Source: Halalkalibacterium halodurans (GTDB lineage Bacteria > Bacillota > Bacilli > Bacillales > Bacillaceae_D). Taken from it: DNA of 32,000 bases. The notes under the pieces were generated by a model, which ran no database searches, was not told the origin of the DNA, and saw nothing but the letters and a program-made list of their open reading frames with translations. Shown here in pieces: positions 1 to 8,677 of this stretch. Position 1 is the first letter of the stretch; the number at the start of each line of letters is the position of its first letter. The stretch covers positions 1 through 32,000 of the forward strand of contig NZ_SNUY01000038.1 in NCBI RefSeq assembly GCF_004376175.1. The letters run 5' to 3'. The position numbers were made by a program, and so were the translations under genes.

Positions 1-580
1 CGGTTAGTTCTTCTTTACTTTCTCGTTCTATCGCTGGGATAATTTCCTTTTCCAATAATTCATCATACAGTTGGTTGGACTTTTCTATTAATTTTTCACT
101 ATATTGTTCGACGGATTTTCTCCATACAAAGGTAAATTTGTTTGCGTTCGCTTCAATCTTCGTACCATCAATAAAAATTGCTTCTTCTTCAATCAACTCC
201 TTTTCCACGAGTTGATTACGGAATTGGACAAAACATTCGCGCAGTAATTTTTCAATAAGTGGATTGGAACGGAAACGATTAATCGTCCGATAGCTCGGCT
301 CATTTCCTTGGGCTAACCACATCATCCGAATACTGTCTTGGAGCAACGCTTCTATCTTACGACCAGAAAACACAGATTGTGTATACCCACACAAAATAAC
401 TTTTAACATCATACGAGGATGATAGGCAGGACGTCCAGTTTGGCGTAAGAAATCTTTGAATGCTTCCTCTGGTATGCTCTCTACAAGGTCATTAATCGCA
501 AAAGCAATATCATTTTCTTGTAATTTTATTTCTAAATCTAGCGGCAAAACAATTTGATTCATGGTATACTGTTTAAACAT
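1..580 (-). mobile_element. IS1182-family (IS5-superfamily) transposase, N-terminal part; the gene continues beyond the window start
   Basis: Absent from the ORF track because it runs off the edge. Minus-strand ATG at 580..578 follows GGAGGTG. Translation reads MFKQYTMNQIVLPLDLEIKLQENDIAFAINDLVESIPEEAFKDFLRQTGRPAYHPRMMLKVILCGYTQSVFSGRKIEALLQDSIRMMWLAQGNEPSYRTINRFRSNPL..., which I recognise as the conserved N-terminal domain of IS1182/IS5-type transposases. The IS terminus on this side is not resolved; it lies somewhere in about 640-744. Confidence 0.7.
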
Positions 581-637
581 AAGGACACCTCCAAAAATTA
601 TTGTTTAGTCACTTTAATTTTATCAAAAGGTGTCCTT
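581..637 (-). promoter_or_regulatory. Inverted repeat able to sequester the transposase ribosome binding site
   Basis: aaggacacct (581-590) is the perfect reverse complement of aggtgtcctt (628-637). On the minus-strand RNA the upstream arm would pair with GGAGGTGTCCTT, which is the SD plus the bases just before the ATG. Confidence 0.45.
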
Positions 638-660
638 TTGGTTTACACAAAATACGAATA

Positions 661-710
661 AAAAGGCGTGAAGCCTACACTTTTTAGTGTAAGCTCCTAC
701 GCCTTATTTT
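661..710 (-). terminator. Intrinsic terminator downstream of ezrA; the hairpin is flanked by T-runs on both strands
   Basis: Stem 665-680 / 687-703 (16 bp with one bulged A), loop ttttta. On the minus strand it is followed by TTTTTATT. It begins 41 nt after the ezrA stop. Confidence 0.7.
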
Positions 711-744
711 TTTATTTCCTGGGGTTTTGTCCCAGCCCCTCTTG

Positions 745-2430
745 TTAGCCTGCAAGGTGCTGAACCTTTTCAAGTACGTCTTTTTCAAATGGTTCGATCG
801 CCTGCACAGCCATTTCAATCGCCTCATCATATTCAAAGGCGCGAAATAACTCTTCTGCATTAGATAAGCGCTTTTTTACTTCAGCGGAGCGGCTTCGATA
901 TCGGTTGCCATATTGAATGACATGCTCAGCTAAACGTGCCTTCTCGATCGTTTCATGAAGAATACTGCTGTTTTCGTGGATTAACGCTTGAGCTTCATCC
1001 ACAAGGGCAGTCACCCTTCCCATTTCCAAAGGAACGTCACTTAGCTTGGCAATCGCTTGTGCCAGCTTTTGCTCTCCATCTTCTAACCGATGGAGAAGAG
1101 TCTCAGGTAAGCCTGGTATGTTGCTTTTTTGCACAAGGCGCTTATCTTCTAACAGCTTTTCTTTAAGCTGTTTCAATTCCTCTTTCGCCTTGAGCTCGTC
1201 TTTCCTTAATGAGTTTAATGATTCTTGGGCTTGTTCGATTTTATTCTGACAAGCTGTTAACCCTTCACGCCATTCCTCAAGCATAGAACGCACGGAGGAG
1301 AACGTTTGTTTTTGTTCTTCTGTTACCTCATCAATGACCTGAAGCTGTTGCCTTAACTCTTTCAGTTCTTTTCCTAGCTTTTGTTGGAAAACGAGTTCTT
1401 CCTCCGCCAGCCGGTAACTGAGCTGCACTGATTCGGTCTCTTCCTTTAAATGAGTTAATTTTTCTTCTGTCTTTGTTAAATCCTCTCGCAGGTTTGGCAG
1501 AAGGATCGTAATTTCGTTTTTCGCTTCAACTTCCTTCTCGAGCAGTTCAAACATTTGCTCCATGCTCTCTTCTATGAAATTAATCTCCTCTTCCATTCCA
1601 TTACATTCGAGCACGGTTAATTGTTCGAGCAATTCAACACGCTTCTCTTCCAACCGTTCCATTTGTGAATCGATGGCAAAAGTCTCAAGGAAGAAGCCAG
1701 CTTCCTCCATATCTCGTAAACCATTTTTTAAATTGGTCAGTTCCGCCGGGATATTTGTCTGTAATTCAACGAACAAGCCTGGGACAATTTTAAGCAAATG
1801 CTCGATTTGTCCTAATAATTCTTTCGCCTCCTCTAACACTTCTGAAGCTTGAATATAATTTCCTTTCTCTGTACGTTCATCAAACGCTTGCAAAAGCTCG
1901 TTCGCTTTTTCAAGCTTTTCGTCAAACACTTTTGCACTGCTCGAAAGGGAGCCTCTTCTCGTAATGGCTTCCTTGATCAGCTTTTGCTGCAATTCTCGTA
2001 CAGATCCGATTTCCGTACGATTTTGCTCTTCACTTTGAACGAGGACCTGAATGTCATCGACCATGATCTTTAACTGTTCTTCAATGCTATGCAGTCGCTG
2101 TTCGATCGTATCCAGTAACGCTTTCGCTTTTTGAAAGCGATATTTATTTGCGAAATCCTCAACGTCAAATAATTGTTCCTCTACATTCGGTAAAATGACA
2201 CCAACGATGTCGTCCCAGTCACTACGCCACACCTCAAATTTTTCCTCGGTTTCTCCCGACATGGTGAGCCCCTTTACCTTACCAATCTCATCAGGTATTG
2301 GACGCTGTAAAATGTCATTTTTCCAATCTTCCAACTTGTCTACCCGTTTATAAAAGGCCTTTCTCCTTAAAGCTCCGTAAACAAAGAATGTAACGGTAAG
2401 CACAAGCAAGCTAAAAACTACGATCCACAT
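745..2430 (-). CDS. ezrA: Septation ring formation regulator EzrA
   Basis: 561 aa. N-terminal transmembrane anchor (MWIVVFSLLVLTVTFFVYGAL) followed by a long coiled-coil, E/K/L/Q-rich protein. Length and position next to hisJ/refZ/rpsD match B. subtilis ezrA. Confidence 0.9.
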   Translation of the reverse strand: MWIVVFSLLVLTVTFFVYGALRRKAFYKRVDKLEDWKNDILQRPIPDEIGKVKGLTMSGETEEKFEVWRSDWDDIVGVILPNVEEQLFDVEDFANKYRFQKAKALLDTIEQRLHSIEEQLKIMVDDIQVLVQSEEQNRTEIGSVRELQQKLIKEAITRRGSLSSSAKVFDEKLEKANELLQAFDERTEKGNYIQASEVLEEAKELLGQIEHLLKIVPGLFVELQTNIPAELTNLKNGLRDMEEAGFFLETFAIDSQMERLEEKRVELLEQLTVLECNGMEEEINFIEESMEQMFELLEKEVEAKNEITILLPNLREDLTKTEEKLTHLKEETESVQLSYRLAEEELVFQQKLGKELKELRQQLQVIDEVTEEQKQTFSSVRSMLEEWREGLTACQNKIEQAQESLNSLRKDELKAKEELKQLKEKLLEDKRLVQKSNIPGLPETLLHRLEDGEQKLAQAIAKLSDVPLEMGRVTALVDEAQALIHENSSILHETIEKARLAEHVIQYGNRYRSRSAEVKKRLSNAEELFRAFEYDEAIEMAVQAIEPFEKDVLEKVQHLAG

Positions 2431-2722
2431 GTTTGGGTCTCCCTTCTTCTTAACAATCTGAAGGCCCCTTTTTTCTGTGCTACTTGAAAAGTTGATTATG
2501 TAGCAACCTGTTCTCCTTGGGCTGTTTCTTCTCTATGTATTGTGTATACTATAACGATAGTAATTTATTTCAATAGGTCAAGGCGAAAATCCTTTGTTAT
2601 TCAACAAAATTTTATCTATTTTTCACAAATCGATCTATGTCATATGATACCATGAAAATGTGTATTTTGTATCGTTTTATTCGCGATCAATTCGAACAAA
2701 GTTAACGAGAGGGTGTCGAAAG

Positions 2723-3544
2723 TTGGGAAAGCATGACGGGCATGTCCATACCCCTTTTTGTCCACATGGTACGAAGGATTCATTCGATGCTTATTGCGAG
2801 CGGGCCATTTCTCTTGGGTTTACGAGCCTGTCTTTCACCGAGCATGCCCCTTTGCCTAAAGGATTTACAGACCCGACCCCTGCGCAAGACAGCAGTATCG
2901 GGTGGAATGAGTTGGATGATTATATTCATACACTATCGTCAATAAAAAAAGCTTATCGGGACCAGCTAACGATTTATATCGGTTTGGAAGTGGATTTTAT
3001 TGAGGGATTTGAAGAGGAGATTTGCACGTTTTTAAATGAATATGGTCCATTGCTCGATGATAGTTTGCTCTCGGTTCATTTTTTGAAGCATTCTGATCGA
3101 TATTTTTGCATTGATTATAGTCCTGATGTGTTTGCAGTGGCCATCCGAACGTTCGGATCAATCCAAGCGGTTTATGATGCCTACTACCGTACATTGGAGC
3201 GTTCGATTACTTCAGAACTTGGACCGTACAAGCCAAAGCGAATTGGTCATATGACCCTGGTGAACAAATTTCAAAAAAAATTTCCAGCGCCTTCTACGGA
3301 ACACCAGAAAAAAAGCCAGCTCGAGATCCTCCATTTAGTAAAAAAGCACGGCTACAGTCTTGATTATAACGGGGCTGGCTTTATTAAACCATTATGCGGT
3401 GAATCTTATCCACCTGAATCCATTGCAAAAGAAGCCGTCGCTTTAGGCATCCCGCTTATCTATGGGTCTGACGCCCACCAAGCAAAGGCACTTGCAACCG
3501 GATGGGAACAAATGAACGCAACGCTCAAGAGTCAAGGTGAATAA
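2723..3544 (+). CDS. hisJ: Histidinol-phosphatase, PHP family (HisJ/HisK type)
   Basis: [13 protein letters not shown]...FTEHAPLP...GSDAH are PHP-domain metal-binding motifs. I place the start at TTG 2723 behind GAGAGGGTG rather than the ORF-track GTG 2660. Position matches B. subtilis hisJ (ytvP). Confidence 0.8.
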   Translation: MGKHDGHVHTPFCPHGTKDSFDAYCERAISLGFTSLSFTEHAPLPKGFTDPTPAQDSSIGWNELDDYIHTLSSIKKAYRDQLTIYIGLEVDFIEGFEEEICTFLNEYGPLLDDSLLSVHFLKHSDRYFCIDYSPDVFAVAIRTFGSIQAVYDAYYRTLERSITSELGPYKPKRIGHMTLVNKFQKKFPAPSTEHQKKSQLEILHLVKKHGYSLDYNGAGFIKPLCGESYPPESIAKEAVALGIPLIYGSDAHQAKALATGWEQMNATLKSQGE

Positions 3545-4178
3545 CAAGCCTGGACGAGGCTATTGGTTTTTTCAGTAAGCATGCAGCCATCCAGTCGTTC
3601 ACATGAACCATATAGCGCTTAATAAAAGATGGATCGTTCACCGATAGCTGGTACAGTTCTCTTAAATAGTGAGGTTGTAAAAATGGCATTGTCATCATCG
3701 TCCGAATGTGAAGCAATAGTAAATCAAGTGGTTGCTTGCGAAACTCCTGATTCCCCATGCCTTGACGAAGAATCGTTTCTAGCAAATGTTTTTCCTTTCT
3801 CATATAGGTGCTCATAATTTCCCGCACCAAAGTGGAATCAAGGGTCATTTCTCGGAGAACAAGGCGAGCGAGCGAAGGGGCTTGCTGTTCATAAAGCAAG
3901 ACTTGCTCCATGACAGCGAGCAACTTCTCGTGACTCGATTGACCCAATCGTTCCTCAGTCGCCTGTTCCATTGCCTGAATATATCCTTCTAAAAACTGAA
4001 CATTTAACTGTTCCAATAATCCCTGTTTACCGCCAAAATAATAAGAGACTAACGCAACATTCACATTGGCCTTAAGTGCAATATCACGCACCGATGTCCC
4101 GTGAAACCCTTTGACTTGAAACAATGTAATCGCCGCCTCTAGCACTTTTTCCTTTGAGGATGAAGAAACTACGCCCAT
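3525..4178 (-). CDS. refZ: TetR/AcrR-family regulator, probable RefZ (regulator of FtsZ) by position
   Basis: N-terminal TetR HTH: [60 protein letters not shown]. Sits between hisJ and the GAF gene, as yttP/refZ does in B. subtilis. Its 3' end overlaps hisJ by 20 bp in convergent orientation. Confidence 0.6.
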   Translation of the reverse strand: MGVVSSSSKEKVLEAAITLFQVKGFHGTSVRDIALKANVNVALVSYYFGGKQGLLEQLNVQFLEGYIQAMEQATEERLGQSSHEKLLAVMEQVLLYEQQAPSLARLVLREMTLDSTLVREIMSTYMRKEKHLLETILRQGMGNQEFRKQPLDLLLLHIRTMMTMPFLQPHYLRELYQLSVNDPSFIKRYMVHVNDWMAACLLKKPIASSRLVIHLDS

Positions 4179-4344
4179 CGTACACTCCCCTTTCCAGACA
4201 CAATTCTACTGACGGTACGACTTCCCTCAACAACTCTTTTCGTGATGGGCATACCTGCCTCCTCTGAAAACCGCTCGACAATGAAGCAAAATGATTTTAC
4301 AAAACACGCCATCAATCGCTAAAATGGGAAAGAGCGAAAGGAGA

Positions 4345-4833
4345 ATGATGATGTTTCAACCCGAATCTTACCAAGGAACATTAGAGGAAAAGTATAGTCT
4401 CGTCACGAAACAATTGGCAGCCTTGCTCAAAGGAGAGTCTGATGCCATCGCCAACTTAGCGAATGCGTCAGCCTTGTTATATCACTTTTTAGAAGAGGTT
4501 AACTGGGTTGGCTTTTATTTAATGAAAGAAGGAGAGCTGGTACTTGGGCCGTTTCAAGGCTTACCAGCGTGCGTCCGCATCCCAATTGGTCGCGGGGTAT
4601 GTGGAACCGCGGCGAAAGAAGAGCAGACCGTGCGAGTGGAAGATGTCCATCAATTCCCTGGTCACATCGCCTGCGATGCCGCCTCCCGCTCGGAAATTGT
4701 CATTCCTCTGTTCCAAAACGGAGTACTCTATGGTGTGCTCGACATTGATAGCCCATCCTTAAACCGTTTTAGCGAAGAGGAACAGGCACTGCTCGAATCG
4801 TTTGTCGACGTGCTATCGAAAAACCTTAAGTAG
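4345..4833 (+). CDS. GAF domain protein (YtsP / free methionine-R-sulfoxide reductase family)
   Basis: The sequence ...GFYLMKEGELVLGPFQGLPACVRIPIGRGVCGTAA...HIACDAASRSEIVIPL... is the single-GAF fRMsr-like pattern. AAAGGAG at 4337-4343 precedes three ATGs at 4345-4353, so the start is uncertain by up to 6 nt. Confidence 0.7.
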   Translation: MMMFQPESYQGTLEEKYSLVTKQLAALLKGESDAIANLANASALLYHFLEEVNWVGFYLMKEGELVLGPFQGLPACVRIPIGRGVCGTAAKEEQTVRVEDVHQFPGHIACDAASRSEIVIPLFQNGVLYGVLDIDSPSLNRFSEEEQALLESFVDVLSKNLK

Positions 4834-4847
4834 CCAGGGATATCTCC

Positions 4848-4877
4848 TTGACTTCAATTGTTTGTGGAGGTTATAAT
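4848..4877 (+). promoter_or_regulatory. SigA-type promoter of rpsD
   Basis: TTGACT (4848-4853), 18-nt spacer, TATAAT (4872-4877). Confidence 0.65.
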
Positions 4878-4884
4878 GGACTCT

Positions 4885-5092
4885 GTGTGAAATAAGACAG
4901 CCAAGGTGAACTTAACATGTACACCCTTCGGCATTTTGTTCCTCAAACCAGCGGCTGAACTTGTTTTGAGGTGTACCACGTAACCTCTAGCTGTCGAGGC
5001 GAAGGTACAGAACAACAAAATGAGCATGTTAAAGGATTGCCAAACTGTTGTTATTTTGCATCATTCAAAATAACAAAGGAGGAGTCGATTTT
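4885..5092 (+). promoter_or_regulatory. Long structured rpsD 5' leader (candidate S4 autoregulatory target)
   Basis: About 210 nt of untranslated leader between the consensus promoter and the rpsD ATG. B. subtilis rpsD is known to be autoregulated through its leader. I did not fold this sequence. Confidence 0.4.
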
Positions 5093-5695
5093 ATGGCTCG
5101 TTATACTGGACCAACTTGGAAAATCTCTCGCCGCTTAGGAATTTCTCTTAGCGGAACAGGTAAAGAATTACAAAAACGCCCTTATGCACCTGGTCAACAT
5201 GGACCAAACCAACGCAAGAAATTGTCTGAATACGGATTACAGCTTCAAGAGAAACAAAAGCTTCGTCACATGTACGGAGTAAACGAGCGTCAATTCCGTC
5301 GCATTTTCAACGATGCTGGAAAAATGGCTGGAATCCACGGTGAGAACTTCATGATCTTGCTTGAATCTCGCCTTGACAACCTTGTATACCGCATGGGTCT
5401 TGCTCGCACTCGTCGTGCAGCTCGTCAGCTTGTCAACCACGGTCACATCACAGTAGATGGTCAACGTGTAGACATTCCATCTTACCGTGTAAAACCTGGT
5501 CAAGTGATCGGTGTTCGCGAAAAATCTCGCAACCTTCAAGTGATCAAAGAATCTCTTGAATCCAACGACTTCGTACCAGCATACGTGACATTCGACGCTG
5601 ATAAGCTAGAAGGAACATACTCTCGTTTCCCTGAGCGTTCTGAGCTTCCAGCGGAAATTACAGAAGCGTTAATCGTCGAGTTCTACTCACGTTAA
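5093..5695 (+). CDS. rpsD: 30S ribosomal protein S4
   Basis: [37 protein letters not shown]..., 200 aa. RBS AAAGGAGGAG. The ORF-track start at 5048 is upstream of the true ATG. Confidence 0.97.
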   Translation: MARYTGPTWKISRRLGISLSGTGKELQKRPYAPGQHGPNQRKKLSEYGLQLQEKQKLRHMYGVNERQFRRIFNDAGKMAGIHGENFMILLESRLDNLVYRMGLARTRRAARQLVNHGHITVDGQRVDIPSYRVKPGQVIGVREKSRNLQVIKESLESNDFVPAYVTFDADKLEGTYSRFPERSELPAEITEALIVEFYSR

Positions 5696-5719
5696 TTCTT
5701 CTAGCCAAGTTATATGTTA

Positions 5720-5769
5720 AAACCCTCAAACCTTTGAGTTCTTTCAAGGATTTGAGGGTTTTTGTTTTC
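5720..5769 (+). terminator. rpsD intrinsic terminator
   Basis: aaaccctcaaa (5720-5730) pairs with tttgagggttt (5751-5761), followed by TTTGTTTT. Confidence 0.8.
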
Positions 5770-5874
5770 TTTCAGCTTTGATTTCTGAACAGAGCCTCTA
5801 CGCCCTTCCCCTTCAAGGAACCTTCCAATTCAGGCTCTTCCCCGTCTACTATTGCATTTGGATCAATAGGCCAA

Positions 5875-6831
5875 CTAATGAAAAAATGGTATACTTATTG
5901 CTATTGACAATCCTATCATAGCAAAGGTGTAGACCTTGCCCCTCATCTCTTGCGTAACATCCACTTTTGTTTGTAAAAAGATAAAGACAGCGGCAATGAT
6001 CATTGAAAAAAAGGTACAAACGAGAGGGAGAAGAAGATTATTGAATTCTAACCCCGTCTGCATCGTAGCAAATCCAGCAACTAATAATAAAATCGGAACA
6101 ACTTCACAAAAGGCCACCCCGATAGAAAATTTTGTTAGACCATGAACAACTGTCGCTAGTAAGCCACCGAATAAAAATAAGAGCAGCACACGATCACTTT
6201 GAATCGCTTTGAAAGCACCGGCTAAATTCACATGCTCTTTTTCCCCGATCGAGATCTCTTGGACGCCAAAGGCACGGAATAACCATTGTAGAAAAAGAGC
6301 GTAAGCAAGGAGAATCGTCGACATAACGATAAAAGGTAGTCTACTACTTGCCGTCACGCCAGCTACTATACCAATCAATGGACCAATCGCAAAACCGATG
6401 TTGGCTCCAATGTAACGTAAAGAGAATTCGCTTTTTACTCTCTGTCAAATCTGCCATTAGTGCTTTTGCGCAAGGTTCAAAAAAAAAGTACAGAAGCCCA
6501 TCACTAACGTTAAGCATACTAGTAGAAGGGCATAATCTTGGAGCATAAACCCAGCATAAATGGCAGAAGCAACAACAAGAGACACGAGCATGATCTTTTT
6601 TCTTCGAAATTGGTCTGATAATGTTCCTCCTAAAAAACCGCCCACCAAAGAGCCAATAGATGTGGTGCCTACAATTAAGCCGATCGAGACAGGGTCTAAA
6701 CCTGTATACGTCCCTAGATAAATCGCGAAATATGGGACAACCATTCCGAAGCCAATGTTCATGCAAACACTTCCAAAAATCATCGAATATACGATTGGAT
6801 GAAATTCTGTAAACCTGTTTCGTATTCGCAT
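5875..6831 (-). pseudogene. MFS transporter interrupted by two frameshifts
   Basis: The reading frame passes through three ORF-track frames. The N-terminus is 6831..~6488. The segment EPCAKALMADLTESKKR is in the frame of ORF 6344..6766. The segment EFSLRYIGANIGFAIGPLIGIVAGVTASS... is in the frame of ORF 5875..6378. The shifts lie at a T9 run (plus-strand A9, 6479-6487) and at an A5 run (6432-6436). Confidence 0.7.
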
Positions 6832-6834
6832 GAG

Positions 6835-7737
6835 CTAGTCCCCTTTTACATACCTAAAAAGAACGTCTTGTAATTGAACCAATGACTCATCTCTCAGACT
6901 ATATTTTTCCACTCTTTTGCTATTGTGATGAGCGCGAATAAATCCAGCGGTCCGTAACAATTTTATGTGGTAATGGACATTTCCTTTTGCCAAGCCTGTA
7001 AACTGTTGGATTTCGGAAAACGTTCTTGGTTTCTCCTGCAAATAACGAAGGATCTTTAATCTCCTCTCATCAGCTAAACTTTTCATTTGTCTTTCAAGTT
7101 TTTTAGGAGGCTCTCCTTTCAACTCTTGGTCAACAGGATATAAGCATGTAATCAAACCATCAAAATAATCAATCACACTAAATGGGGATTGATGAAACTG
7201 AGGAACTAAAAGTAGCGTGTCAACATTCTCAGCCATAATGTGCATTCCATTCGTACATTGCTCCACAAGGTCCACCGGATCTATCTGTGAAGTGAGAACC
7301 TTTTTTTTTAACGCATCTTTTTGGAGCATCTCTAAAATATCTTCTGATAAATGACAAAAATACTGTTCGTTCCACCTTCTTAACAACGATACAAAGTACG
7401 TTTGAATCTGGATCATATCCTTAGATATTTGCTGCACCCATGGCACAAGTAATTCATAAACTTTTTCGGACGGAAGCTGTTCAAGCCAATATAAAAAACC
7501 CGTAATGGTCTCCTTGTGTGGACATTGCCATACAAGCAAACTTAAGCGATGCAACACTTCTAATTTTTGATCTTTCAACTCGTTTGCAAAGTCAGCGTTA
7601 ATGCTTTTTTCCACTTGTTTCACCCACTTTGTCCCAAGCTCAGAAATTTGCCTGTTAGAAGAATCTAAATAAGTGTACAGGCTTGTAATAAGTTCATAAG
7701 CAGGGGAATAATCTATTTCGATTTTATACAAAAGCAC
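6835..7737 (-). CDS. Two-domain regulator: roughly 200 aa N-terminal domain of unknown function plus a C-terminal ArsR/SmtB-type winged HTH
   Basis: C-terminus RRLKILRYLQEKPRTFSEIQQFTGLAKGNVHYHIKLLRTAGFIR is an ArsR-type HTH. Its stop lies 3 nt before the MFS start codon, so the two form an operon. The start (GTG 7737 or TTG 7731) is uncertain. Confidence 0.65.
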   Translation of the reverse strand: MLLYKIEIDYSPAYELITSLYTYLDSSNRQISELGTKWVKQVEKSINADFANELKDQKLEVLHRLSLLVWQCPHKETITGFLYWLEQLPSEKVYELLVPWVQQISKDMIQIQTYFVSLLRRWNEQYFCHLSEDILEMLQKDALKKKVLTSQIDPVDLVEQCTNGMHIMAENVDTLLLVPQFHQSPFSVIDYFDGLITCLYPVDQELKGEPPKKLERQMKSLADERRLKILRYLQEKPRTFSEIQQFTGLAKGNVHYHIKLLRTAGFIRAHHNSKRVEKYSLRDESLVQLQDVLFRYVKGD

Positions 7738-7779
7738 CAGCCCCTTTGTTCAATATTTTCAAAACTTAATGTTGTTATA

Positions 7780-7808
7780 ATTTTATTAAACAAATAAAGT
7801 ACTGTCAA
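7780..7808 (-). promoter_or_regulatory. SigA-type promoter of the ArsR-like/MFS operon
   Basis: Minus strand: TTGACA (7808..7803), 17-nt spacer, TAAAAT (7785..7780). Confidence 0.55.
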
Positions 7809-7851
7809 ACAAAAACCATTCGCCCCCGCCTTTGGCGGAAACGAATGGTTT
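7806..7851 (-). terminator. Intrinsic terminator (minus strand)
   Basis: aaccattcg (7814-7822) pairs with cgaatggtt (7842-7850), with an inner ccgcc/gcgg helix. The minus strand then reads TTTTTGTTTG. Confidence 0.65.
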
Positions 7852-7853
7852 CA

Positions 7854-8039
7854 TTAATTAGAACGAATTTCTTGTCGCATGAATAAAACATAAGCAATGG
7901 CAAAGCAAACAAGGATCGCCGCAATTAAGCCTGTTAGTGTGGCCAAATGAACAATAAGCTTTCCTTTAAAACAAGCGGACTTACGATTTTACCGACAACA
8001 ATATTCAAGGAGCGATCCTCCCGATTCAAGAAGGTTCAT
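7854..8039 (-). pseudogene. Possible small membrane-protein gene interrupted by an in-frame TAA
   Basis: Minus strand ATG 8039 gives MNLLESGGSLLEYCCR, then TAA (7991..7989), then in the same frame NRKSACFKGKLIVHLATLTGLIAAILVCFAIAYVLFMRQEIRSN, with the stop at 7856..7854 two nt before the terminator. There is no convincing RBS. Confidence 0.2.
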
Positions 8040-8149
8040 CTAGTTTTTATTGAAGGATGGATGTGAAGACACTTACATTTCAAAGCGCGATAGCCACATC
8101 CCTACAGGCCCAGAGACATTTATAGTCGAGATTAAAAACGAGTAAACTA

Positions 8150-8180
8150 CGAAAAGCCTCCCTGTTACTGCTAGGGAGGC
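8150..8180 (-). terminator. Terminator of the sigma/VOC/GyrI-like operon
   Basis: gcctccct (8156-8163) pairs with agggaggc (8173-8180). The minus strand then reads TTTTCG. It lies 18 nt after the GyrI-like stop. Confidence 0.6.
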
Positions 8181-8197
8181 TAGATTCATCATGACAA

Positions 8198-8677
8198 TCA
8201 ACGAATAGCCACATACACGTCAATTTCGTTCGTCGCTTCGTCAGGCTTGTACCGTTCATCCCACACTTCAAAATCATAGCCAGCTGGTTGGTATGGCTGT
8301 TTTCCCATCCATGTTCCATAGAGTGCATCATACGTTTTGTAAAGTTCAGCTTCCAGCCCTCGGTGGGTCGCCATTACATATTGGTGGCTTGGAACCGTAT
8401 GTACGATCATTTCCGCTGGTACATCTTTCGGTTCTGCCACTTTATAGCCGATCACTTGCGTAAAACGATCCACATTCGGATTAAAGTTTGGCTTCATGTC
8501 ATAAAGCTGAATCAAATAGATTTCTTCCCCTACCCTTTTCTGAACCAATGATTGATTTTCAAGCAATCGGTGTAACGTCTTTTTCCCGAGCTGCTGTTCC
8601 TCAATTTCTTGTAAATTAGCTTTCAATTGATATCCTATAACCGTAAAAGCATCGATTGATTTTAGTTGAGGGTTCAT
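8198..8677 (-). CDS. GyrI-like small-molecule-binding domain protein (AraC effector-binding / SbmC fold)
   Basis: 159 aa. The pattern ...FTVIGYQLKANL...IYLIQLYD...QVIGYKV...VPSHQYVMATHRG...YDFEVWDERY...NEIDVYVAI is typical of GyrI-like duplicated beta-alpha-beta-beta modules. The start overlaps the upstream VOC stop (ATGA). Confidence 0.65.
   Translation of the reverse strand: MNPQLKSIDAFTVIGYQLKANLQEIEEQQLGKKTLHRLLENQSLVQKRVGEEIYLIQLYDMKPNFNPNVDRFTQVIGYKVAEPKDVPAEMIVHTVPSHQYVMATHRGLEAELYKTYDALYGTWMGKQPYQPAGYDFEVWDERYKPDEATNEIDVYVAIR

Noticed and set aside
719-744. GGGG...CCCC / CTGGG...CCCAG element next to the ezrA stop as a possible IS terminal repeat or terminator
   Set aside because: The stems are only 4-5 bp and there is no T-tract. 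Without the other IS end I cannot test it as a terminal inverted repeat.
936-2073. Four plus-strand ORFs (936-1166, 1046-1249, 1562-1852, 1849-2073) inside ezrA
   Set aside because: They are antisense to a well-supported gene. Their products are low-complexity and Ser/Cys/Phe-rich, with no RBS. This is typical shadow-frame noise from a coiled-coil gene rich in GAA/AAG codons.
6344-6766. 140-aa ORF overlapping the MFS N-terminal ORF
   Set aside because: Only its short segment around 6430-6478 (EPCAKALMADLTESKKR) belongs to the real MFS frame. The rest is an out-of-frame reading.
8080-8331. 83-aa minus-strand ORF overlapping the 3' end of the GyrI-like gene
   Set aside because: It is out of frame with a better-supported gene and runs through that gene's terminator. 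No RBS.
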